DNA of 62,846 bases, the filler included, from Chrysochromulina tobinii (lineage: Eukaryota): the NCBI GenBank assembly GCA_001275005.1. It is 5 parts of 5 records of this genome, joined end to end, with 100 filler letters (N's around TTAATTAATTAA, not from the genome) between each part and the next. Parts side by side here need not be neighbours in the genome. Positions count along the whole stretch, not along the records: positions 1 to 27,261 come from JWZX01001258.1; 4 more parts are not named here. One strand, written 5' to 3'. The notes below the pieces were generated by a model. The model had not been told where the DNA came from. It saw only the letters and a list, made by a program, of their open reading frames with translations, and searched no databases. Shown in pieces: positions 1 to 8,251 of this stretch (position 1 is its first letter; every line of letters begins with the position of its first letter). Made by a program: the position numbers and the translations under genes.

Positions 1-349
1 CGGAGTGGTCCCGCCCACCCACCGCGATGTAAGCCTGGTCTAGCTTTAGCAGGGACCGGGTTGTCGCGCTCACCAGGCTGCTTGTGTACATGTGTAGCTC
101 TGATGAACAGCAATTCAAGTCAAACACGCGACCAAGTTTACCGGGCGGAATGACGAAAAACCCGGGAGTGCGCTCGCGCGGGAGTATAGGCGAGATTTCT
201 TGTGACTCTTTGTGATGAGGGGGCCGGCAAAGGCAGCCCCTCGGGGCTGGGGGGGTGACGGTTTTTTTTTGGTCGAATTTTTGGGTGCGATTGTTATCAG
301 GATAAATGAATGCTACAGTCGCCGTGTTAGCCGTGCGGATCGTGTGCAG

Positions 350-541
350 GGGTGGGGATCAAGCCGGCGGTAGCACTCTAAACATTACTCTTCAGTATAG
401 GTGACTCAGGTGCAACTGGACTCAGGCAGACGAGAGACGTCAACGGACAACGCTAACCCCCATTCCCCCCCTTCCCCCCACCTCTCCCCCCCAAACTTGC
501 GCTAAACTTGCGCTGAGAGACACGTCAATCAAACTCCTCAT
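350..541 (+). repeat. Copy 1 of an imperfect ~165-190 bp direct repeat (copy 2 at 1775-1938)
   Basis: Both copies share GGGTGGGGA..AAGCCGGCGG..CTAAACATTACTCTTCAGTA.AGGTGACTCAGGTGCAACTGGAC..CGTCAACGGACAACGCTAACCCCCAT..C-tract..AAACTTGCG..TGAGAGACACGTCAATCAAACTCCTCAT, with small indels. Confidence 0.95.
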
Positions 542-1115
542 GATGCCCTGCGTGGACGACACGGCAGTCGCTGGTCGCCAACGCCTTCTACTCGACCATG
601 CTCTGGGTGTGCGCGCACCTCGCGGCCTACGAGGACACGCTCAGCGCCTTCGGCACCAAGAAGGGCGGTTAACCGTCTCTCAGCACATGATCAAGATTCT
701 CCTCCTTCATTGGGGGTGGATCACTGCGTCAGCTGGCAGCCGCGGCGCTCCTGGCCAACCAGCATGCCGAGAGACCCCTTCCAGGTGACGAGCTTGTGCT
801 GCAATGGAGTGAGTGCTTCACGTGCGAATTCGAGGCCGCTGTGGGCACCCGTGCAGCAGTGGAGCTCACGGACCTATGTGCAGTGGTGCGCAAGCTACTA
901 AACCACTTCCCGCACGAGCTGCAGCGACGAAGCACGTCAGATGCACAATATTCAAGAATGTCCCCAGACTTAAGAATCATGTTTGAGTGCACAGGGAAGA
1001 GATCTTCATGGTGCTCCTGCCGCCGAGCAGCCCCCTAGAGCTGACAATAAGTCTTTCTCGCGGTGGGCTTGCATTCATGCATTGTCTGTGCGCACTCCCG
1101 CCACATCTCCTGTAG

Positions 1116-1709
1116 AAGCTCCTCGTGCCCGGGCGCCGGGGTCACATACCGGGCCCAGTTCACAAGTGCAGAGCGTGCCAAGCTACCAAGCAAGCGACCA
1201 ATGATGCTGTGGCTACCAGCTTCCGTCAACGCGTTTCGCAAGAGGACGATGTTCTGGAGGACGAGGAGGATGAGGACGACGAGGCACGAGGACGACGAGG
1301 CACCGCCTCTGCTGCGGTCGCCGCCTTCGCCACCACCGCCAGCGCTGCCTGTGGCGAGTACGCGCGCGCGCAGCGTGCGGAACCGCAGAACTGGTGCAAC
1401 ATTTGTCTTGAAGCCGAAGATGAGCATGGTGTCAGGGCATGGTGTGAGCGTGTGACGAACCTCGTCGCATTCGGCTGCTCCTGCGTGGCGCCTTGGTTTC
1501 ACCATAGGTGCATGTGGAAATGGTACTTGCAGAAAACCAGGCATTCAGAGCTTGGGCAGCTTGGGCACGGCGCTGCATGGCGGAGCACGTGGCAGGACAA
1601 GGTAGTAGCGAGGTGTCCCTGTTGTAGGACACTTGTGAGAGTGTCGCGCCCGCCCCGCGCCAAAGAATGTGACCGGTCCAATAGCAAGGTGTGTGTGACC
1701 AGCAGATAA
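1116..1709 (+). CDS. RINGv (RING-CH, C4HC3-type) domain protein, putative E3 ligase; 5' end unresolved (terminal exon or pseudogene)
   Basis: Reads CNICLE...FGCSC..PWFHHRCMWKW...RCPCCR after an acidic tract. The ORF has no ATG at its start, but CTGTAG ending at 1115 is a possible splice acceptor. Confidence 0.65.
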   Translation, partial: KLLVPGRRGHIPGPVHKCRACQATKQATNDAVATSFRQRVSQEDDVLEDEEDEDDEARGRRGTASAAVAAFATTASAACGEYARAQRAEPQNWCNICLEAEDEHGVRAWCERVTNLVAFGCSCVAPWFHHRCMWKWYLQKTRHSELGQLGHGAAWRSTWQDKVVARCPCCRTLVRVSRPPRAKECDRSNSKVCVTSR

Positions 1710-1774
1710 CTAAGGTAAGAGCTACTCACCATGGCTACACACCCCCGAAACGACGAAACGACAAACTGCTAACT

Positions 1775-1938
1775 GGGTGGGGAAGCCGGCGGTGGCAATC
1801 TAAACATTACTCTTCAGTAAAGGTGACTCAGGTGCAACTGGACAGGCACGTCAACGGACAACGCTAACCCCCATCCCCCCCTTCCCCCCCTCTCCCCCCC
1901 AAACTTGCGTTGAGAGACACGTCAATCAAACTCCTCAT
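1775..1938 (+). repeat. Copy 2 of the direct repeat, about 105 nt upstream of the FKBP ATG
   Basis: Aligns by eye to 350-541. Confidence 0.95.
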
Positions 1939-2044
1939 CAAATCCTCCACACACAGAGCAGAGAGCAGTTGGATGTGTTTCTTTTTGACACCGCCACCGT
2001 CGCCGCCGCGGCTGTAGCCGCCGCTGTAGCCGCCTTGGCGACGA

Positions 2045-3400
2045 ATGTCCTTCCCGCATCGGACCAGCCACGAGTGGAGCCGGCGTGACGCCACCACGCC
2101 ATACACGGTCAGTGTGTTCAACAAGCCTCCCGTGTTGAACAGGGGTGCGATCGCTCCGCTCGGCAATGCATTCGGCCAGAAATTCTCCATCGTCCAGGGC
2201 ACGATGATGTCGCAGAGTACAGCGCTTCCAGCTTTTGCGCCGCGGAGCGCAGTGACGCCGCCATCCAAAGCGGTCTTGCTGCCATCGATGGCCTTGGCGC
2301 CTCAGACTCTGGGCGTCGTGCCGACACGCACACAACGGCTTGGATTGTCCACGTTTGAGCCACTGCCGATGGTCAAGAAGACCACTCTGAAAGTGGGGCA
2401 TGGCAAGCCGTGCGCTGTGGGGGACATGGTCGATGTCACGTACGTCGGCTGGCTAGCGGGCGACGACCCGTCCTCTCCGTCGGGCCGCTTTGACGAGGGC
2501 GCACACTTCCAATTCGTCCTTGGCGCTGGAGAGGTGATCCCCGGGTGGGACCTCACGTTCGTCGGCATGCTTGAGGGCGAACGAGCGCGGTTGGTCGTGC
2601 CGCCGTTGCTCGCGTATGGCGCGCGAGGGATGCCCCCCAAGGTGCCGCCGAATACGGAGCTCCACTTTGAGGTTCATATCAATACCGTTGCTCGCCCAGC
2701 CTCCGCCGCCTCCAACGCTCCCGCCCCGGCTGCAGCTCCCCCAGCTGCCGCAGCTGCCGCTGGCCTGCATCCCTTCTCCCAAGACAGGCTCCGGGAGCTG
2801 ATCCCGTCGCCCCCTAAGGCTGCGCGTACAAAGCCTGCGATGCCCTCCACGCCAGCACCAGATGCGGCCGCGCCCCAATTCAATCCGCTGGGCTCGTACA
2901 CGAACGGTCGTGCGCCGGTGCTCCAGCCTCGGGTGGGAATGCCAGTTCCTGGCACAGCCCCTCTCTCCCACCTGCCTCCTCCGACGGCGACCGCTTTGAC
3001 AACAAGAGCCAGCTCTGCGGCCGCCGCCAAAGTGGCCGCCACCCCCGCTCACACCAAGGCCGCTGCAGCAACCCCTGGCGCGCCCGCTGCTCCTGAGCGT
3101 CACCGGCCCGCTCTCCCCGGCGTGCCTGCCGAGCGTCCAGAGCCTGAGCGCGTGCAGACGGCGAGTAAATCGGTCCGATTCGACGAGAGCGTCTTGCTGC
3201 CGCCCCCGACCGCCGAGGCCACCGATCCTCGCCGGTACTACGAGCGTGCTCTCGCCGAGATCCTGCAGCGCAAGATGAGCGAGCAGCTGGGTGTGTTCCA
3301 GCCGAGTGTGTTCCAGCCGCCGACAGCACTGCAGCAGCAGTTCCCAAACGGCGTGCCGGGCCAGGGGAACTTTATGCGCCGAGGCTTCAAGCACCTTTGA
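2045..3400 (+). CDS. FKBP-type peptidyl-prolyl isomerase domain protein with a Pro/Ala-rich C-terminal extension
   Basis: GDMVDVTYVGWL...FD....FQFVLGAGEVIPGWD..FVGMLEGERARLVVPPLLAYG..GMPPKVPPNTELHFEV matches the FKBP_C signature. Confidence 0.92.
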   Translation: MSFPHRTSHEWSRRDATTPYTVSVFNKPPVLNRGAIAPLGNAFGQKFSIVQGTMMSQSTALPAFAPRSAVTPPSKAVLLPSMALAPQTLGVVPTRTQRLGLSTFEPLPMVKKTTLKVGHGKPCAVGDMVDVTYVGWLAGDDPSSPSGRFDEGAHFQFVLGAGEVIPGWDLTFVGMLEGERARLVVPPLLAYGARGMPPKVPPNTELHFEVHINTVARPASAASNAPAPAAAPPAAAAAAGLHPFSQDRLRELIPSPPKAARTKPAMPSTPAPDAAAPQFNPLGSYTNGRAPVLQPRVGMPVPGTAPLSHLPPPTATALTTRASSAAAAKVAATPAHTKAAAATPGAPAAPERHRPALPGVPAERPEPERVQTASKSVRFDESVLLPPPTAEATDPRRYYERALAEILQRKMSEQLGVFQPSVFQPPTALQQQFPNGVPGQGNFMRRGFKHL

Positions 3401-3740
3401 GGCCATGCTCCTCTGCTCAGCAGCAGCGCATGCCGATTGGTGCGGGGACATCTGAGATTCTGAGATGGTCACACAGGACACATGCGGTTTCATGGTCTTC
3501 TGCGAGCCTCAGAAGATCCGACCGTGGTCGCGAGGGACCGGCGAGCGGCGTACAAGCTACAACCCTGAAAGGGTGTTATATCTAGACGTCTATAGCGCGA
3601 CCGTCCGAATCCAGCCGCGAGCCGGGCCGCCATGCGTATCGGTTAATTATAAGACCGCCACGACGCACGAGTCTCACTGAGTCACTGTGGCAAGGCGCCC
3701 GTAGAATTGGCATCGCAATCCGCGTCACGCTGAGAAAGCT

Positions 3741-6700
3741 TCAGCCCCGGCTCTTGGCCCCCATCCGTGGGAGCCGCTTGGGCGGCGGCACGGCAGCGGC
3801 ACTCGAGTGCGCCATCGCAGGCACGTCACCTCTCGCGACCGCCGCGGCGGCGGCTTGGCGGTCTGAGAGGGCCTGCGCGAGCAGCACTTGTGCGGCCGCG
3901 GCCCCTCGCGAGAGTGGCGCGGGCGCGGCCGACGCAGATGAGGAGTGCGGCAATCGTTCCTCAGCCTGGTCCAAATGAGGCGCCGCGACGGTAGCGGGCA
4001 CTGATGATAGCGAGGCGGTGGTTGGCAGGGCAGCCGAGGGCGGCGAGGGTCGAGGAGGCGGCGACGTCGGCGGCAGGGAGTCGAGTGGATTCGACGGGCG
4101 CGGCGAGGCGACCTGGGGAGCCACAGGCGCAGGCGGTGGCGAATGAGGAGAGTGCCCAACGCGCCACCCCCCCGACCTCGGAGATCCAATCTCCGATCGC
4201 AGCAGCGCAATGATCTCATCACGCTCGACGCACCCAGAGCAGTCGATTGATCGTCGTTTGGCCTCTGCCAGCAGCTCGCGAACGCCCAAGCTCTCGAGCG
4301 CCATGCCGGGCGCCTGCACGTCCTGCTGGCGCTCACCGCCCGCTGCCGCAACGGCCCCTGCTGCATCGGCCGACGCTGCATTGACTGATGGCGCCGTATC
4401 TTCCGACGCCTCGGCGAGCGGCGCCGTAGCGGGAATCACATGGGATGCCGCTGGCGCCGCCGCAGCCCCATCGAGCGCGTGCGCGGCAAGTGGCGCGGTC
4501 GATGAGCCGCGCTTGATAGGGCGTCCGGTCCGCTTGTCCCACAGTGCAGTAGGCGGTGTGGGTAGGAGCGCCGAACGCAGCGCCTCCGCACGTGTCTCGA
4601 GTAACTCCGCCTCAAGTGCACGCAAGAGCTCCATGGACTGACGAATCGACGGGTTGATCGTGGGTGGGCTCACGACGGCGGCTGGCGCGGCGCTCTGCTG
4701 TGCGCTGTGGCTCGAAGGCTGTGCGCGGCTCGCCGGCAGCCGGCGGCAGCCGGCGGCGAAAGTGAGTTGATCCCATTTGAGGGTGAGAACCCATCGCATA
4801 GCCACCTCGAATGTTGCCAGGCAGTAGCCTTGCTCGCCTGCCTGTTGATGGTCGGTGGCCAGTCCCTGGAGCAGCGCCATCTCGATGGGGAGGGAAGCCA
4901 CCTGCGCTATCACGATCACGTACGCGACGAGGGGCACGAGCTCGTCCGCAGCGGGAGGTGGTGCCCCGAGCGCCTCGGCAGCCTGGGCGATCAGGCGACA
5001 CGTGTCCACGAGGCAGGCGAGCGCGCGCGTGGGAGTGGTCGCCTGTGGCAGCTGCTGCAGTCGCCCCACGGGCTTCGCGTACGGTTGGCGTGCTGGGGCC
5101 AGGGGCGCCGATGCCAGCGCCTGCAGCGTCTGCGAGGACGACGACGACGGCTGCTGCGGCGTCACCGACGACGACAACGACGACTGCAGCAGCTGCTGCG
5201 GCGGCGGTGGCGGCGACGGCTCGCCACAAAAGGCCTTCGGTAGTCCAAGGTGCTCGGGATTGAGCTTCGCGAGGAGTCGCAGCTGCTGCTGATAGAGTGT
5301 CATCTCCGCCGCATAGGCCTCCATATGCACGCTCACCAACGGGCGACGCAAGGCTTCGTAGGCGGCCATCTCGACGGCACTCACGAGCTCGACGCCCGCC
5401 GCGCCATACGCAATCTCGGCGGCAGCGCGTGGCGCGAGCTGTGGATAGCACAAGAGCACCTCCGCCACCAACCTCTTCACGGCAAGCCTCGCCTGCACAC
5501 ACGATGCCACGCAGTCGTCGGCCGTCGGTTCGGCACGTGCTGTGAGACGCGCCCACCTCTCAAACTCTCCCCCGAGCCGCCCGATAGCGCGCGCGAGGGG
5601 GTGGACGGCGGAGGCTTCACCGTCCGCGTCGCCGCCCTCCGCGCTGGCATGCCGCACCCCCTCAATACGTCCTTCGAGCACACGCTCGAGATGGCGCTCT
5701 ACCAGCGCCGCATCCCATGGCCGTGCCGCGAGCTGCCTGAGCCATTGCACCTCCCGAGCGAGCCAGCCGCCCGACGCGGCCGGTACGGGGAAGAGGGCGC
5801 GCCCGACGGACAGTGCGACCGCGTGTGGCCCGCGCGCCGACAGTCGAATCGGCACGCTTGATGAGCTGCCGCCGCTGCCGCCGCTGCCGCCGCCCGCGGT
5901 CGCGCTGGCCGGGAGGCGAATCGCCTGGACCAGCAGCCCCTCAACGAGGTCGTATATGCGCACGTGGCCGCGCGAGCACGTGATCAGCAACGGCCAGCCC
6001 ACCACCGCGTCCAGCGGAGGCCCCGAGCCGTCAAGCGCTAGCGCTGGTCGGCTCAGGGTGCCGAGAGCACCTGTGGGTGTGCCCGGCGCCTCGCGTTGCA
6101 GGACGCTCCAATCGGCGGCCTCAAAGGTGAGAGCGACGGTGCCGCCACCCTTGCGCGGTCCGAGTACGATCGTCTCGCCCGTGCCCAGCGAAAAGGTGCG
6201 CGCATGCCCGCCTGGCCGTCCGTCGCGCGCGTGAGGCGTCTCGAGCCACTGCTGAAGCGTCCGCACGGGCATCGCGGCCACCGGCACACTCTCGCGCCGC
6301 GTGGGTCCGCCCGGCATGGGCAGGGGTGGCACAAGCATAAAGTGCACGCCGTCGCACAGCAGCACACTGTCGTCCGCTGCCCATGCAAGCGACGCCAGCC
6401 CAGATGCGATCTCGAAACCGAGCGGCAGCTGCAGCGGCACGATGGCTTGCAGCTCGCACGTCGTGCTGCTGCGCAGGTCGCCGCTCGTGGCGGCCTCGTC
6501 GCCGTCGACGTCGTCGCCATGGTTCTGACGGAAGCCGAACACGTGGAGTGCGTACTCGCCAAGGCAGGCGCAGCACAGACGCGTGCCGAGGCGGCGCGAC
6601 CACGACGGTGCCATGCAGCTCACTGCGCTGCACTCGGGGTGCGGCGGTTGCAGGTCGATGGTCGCGACGTCGTCGGCGCCGCCGCCGCTAAGCAGCGATG

Positions 6701-6965
6701 CGTCGGCCAGTGGGCAGGCCGCGTGCGACACCGCACCCGACTGTAGCACGAAGACGAACGTGGTCGCCGAGTCGCACGCGAGGTGAGTGACGGGGCTGCG
6801 CTCGTGTGCGCGTGCGCGAGCGAGCAAAGAGCCGCTCGCCGCGTCGAGCAGAAGGAGCTCGCCGTTGGCCGTGCCGATCAGCAGCGCGCCCTCCATGTGC
6901 AGCAGCGCGGTGACAGTAGACAGCCCGGTCGGCAGTGGCATGCCATTATGCGCGAAGGGCTGCAT
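3741..6965 (-). CDS. VPS9-domain (Rab5 GEF-like) protein with an N-terminal CNH/WD40-like beta-propeller and a C-terminal SAP-like motif
   Basis: VPS9 motifs: AADELVPLVAYVIV and GEQGYCLATFEVA. Propeller-like strands: LLIGTANGELLLL and WPLLITCSRGHVRIYDL..GLLVQAI. SAP-like motif: LGVRELLAEAKRRSIDCSGCVERDEII. The first in-frame ATG is at 6965. Confidence 0.8.
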   Translation of the reverse strand: MQPFAHNGMPLPTGLSTVTALLHMEGALLIGTANGELLLLDAASGSLLARARAHERSPVTHLACDSATTFVFVLQSGAVSHAACPLADASLLSGGGADDVATIDLQPPHPECSAVSCMAPSWSRRLGTRLCCACLGEYALHVFGFRQNHGDDVDGDEAATSGDLRSSTTCELQAIVPLQLPLGFEIASGLASLAWAADDSVLLCDGVHFMLVPPLPMPGGPTRRESVPVAAMPVRTLQQWLETPHARDGRPGGHARTFSLGTGETIVLGPRKGGGTVALTFEAADWSVLQREAPGTPTGALGTLSRPALALDGSGPPLDAVVGWPLLITCSRGHVRIYDLVEGLLVQAIRLPASATAGGGSGGSGGSSSSVPIRLSARGPHAVALSVGRALFPVPAASGGWLAREVQWLRQLAARPWDAALVERHLERVLEGRIEGVRHASAEGGDADGEASAVHPLARAIGRLGGEFERWARLTARAEPTADDCVASCVQARLAVKRLVAEVLLCYPQLAPRAAAEIAYGAAGVELVSAVEMAAYEALRRPLVSVHMEAYAAEMTLYQQQLRLLAKLNPEHLGLPKAFCGEPSPPPPPQQLLQSSLSSSVTPQQPSSSSSQTLQALASAPLAPARQPYAKPVGRLQQLPQATTPTRALACLVDTCRLIAQAAEALGAPPPAADELVPLVAYVIVIAQVASLPIEMALLQGLATDHQQAGEQGYCLATFEVAMRWVLTLKWDQLTFAAGCRRLPASRAQPSSHSAQQSAAPAAVVSPPTINPSIRQSMELLRALEAELLETRAEALRSALLPTPPTALWDKRTGRPIKRGSSTAPLAAHALDGAAAAPAASHVIPATAPLAEASEDTAPSVNAASADAAGAVAAAGGERQQDVQAPGMALESLGVRELLAEAKRRSIDCSGCVERDEIIALLRSEIGSPRSGGWRVGHSPHSPPPAPVAPQVASPRPSNPLDSLPPTSPPPRPSPPSAALPTTASLSSVPATVAAPHLDQAEERLPHSSSASAAPAPLSRGAAAAQVLLAQALSDRQAAAAAVARGDVPAMAHSSAAAVPPPKRLPRMGAKSRG

Positions 6966-7022
6966 TTTGCGCGCCGTCTCGAGCACCCGGCGCCGTCTCG
7001 AGCGAGCAAGCGTTCACACAAA

Positions 7023-8036
7023 ATGGCGCCGATCGTCGAGGCTCTGTATCGATACACCGTCAAGGGTCTGGATCGCGACGCGCTCGAAACCGTGGCGCTC
7101 GTTCCAAACCGTGGCCTCCCCAAAGACCGCGAGTGGGCCCTCCACTTTGAGGAGCCGCCAATCGCCAACGATCCGAATGTACCGCTCACACGCTTTCATT
7201 CGCAGGCGCCCGCATGGACCCACAAGAGTAACTTTCTATGTGCATACACAGCCGGCGAGTTGCTCGCGACATTCGAAACGCGGTATAGCGATGCCACCGA
7301 CGAGCTCACCGTGTGCCGCCGGGCCGACGGCGAGTCGCTGCTCGTCGCTCGGCTGACGGACGCCGACGAGCGTGAGCGTGTTGAGACCTTCTTTTCGGAC
7401 GCGAGCAGCAGGGGCGTGCGCCTCGTGCGCCCTGCCGATAATCGGCCGCACCACTTCGGCAATACCAACGCCGGCTTCCGGGTGGGAGATGCCGGCGGCT
7501 ACGTCCTCCATATCGTCAACCTCGAGACAATCGCCGCACTCAACAAGGCGACGGGCAACACGTTCGAGCCGTCGCGATTCCGCCCCAACATTGTGATCTC
7601 GGGCGTGCCCGCTTGGGCCGAATTCGACTGGGTCGGGTCCACAATCCGTGTCGGCGGCGCCACCCTCGAGGTGCTGAAACGCACGGTCCGCTGCGATGCC
7701 ATCAACGTCGACGGCCACGAAGACCTCGGCAACGCTCTCCGACATCTGCGCTCAGCACAACGGCCCGACGTGCCCGGATTGCTTTCGAAGCACTTTCCGG
7801 AGCACGGGCCCTACCTCGGGATCTATGCGCGCGTGGTTGAAGGCGGCTCCGTGCGCGTCGGCGACGCGCTGCAGCCACCGCCGTCCCCCATGTTCAGTAT
7901 CGACCCCAGGGGATGGTCAATGAAGGCGAAGGCCACCGCCGCCATCATGCTTGCGACGCTGCTACTGCCGCTTCTCGCTCGCCGGGATCGTCTTCTACTA
8001 CCACCCTATGCGTGGCCCGCTCAGAGGAGCAATTAA
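7023..8036 (+). CDS. MOSC-domain protein (mARC/YcbX-like) with a hydrophobic C-terminal tail
   Basis: LYRYTVKGL, GLPKDREWAL, LHIVNLETIAALN, RFRPNIVI, WAEFDW, RC and GIYARVVEGGSVRVGD. ATG at 7023. Confidence 0.9.
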   Translation: MAPIVEALYRYTVKGLDRDALETVALVPNRGLPKDREWALHFEEPPIANDPNVPLTRFHSQAPAWTHKSNFLCAYTAGELLATFETRYSDATDELTVCRRADGESLLVARLTDADERERVETFFSDASSRGVRLVRPADNRPHHFGNTNAGFRVGDAGGYVLHIVNLETIAALNKATGNTFEPSRFRPNIVISGVPAWAEFDWVGSTIRVGGATLEVLKRTVRCDAINVDGHEDLGNALRHLRSAQRPDVPGLLSKHFPEHGPYLGIYARVVEGGSVRVGDALQPPPSPMFSIDPRGWSMKAKATAAIMLATLLLPLLARRDRLLLPPYAWPAQRSN

Positions 8037-8251
8037 ATGACGGTGCGGATTGGCGTGGGCGTTGCGGCACCACCGGACTCTGCCACGGCACCGCATCGCG
8101 CACGGCATGGGCGCGCGGCGCGCCATGGCACCAAAGTCCAAATCTGCCGAGGTTGGTGCTAACGCCGTTTTATACTGTTAAACACTGTATTGCCGTGATG
8201 CGTGTGCGTGTGCGTGTATTACGGTGCTGCTCAAAATCACCATTAAGTCGT

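Noticed and set aside
350..1938. LTR retrotransposon interpretation of the direct repeats
   Set aside because: No TG..CA termini, PBS, PPT, target-site duplication or gag/pol remnants are visible. It is kept only as an unexplained duplication.
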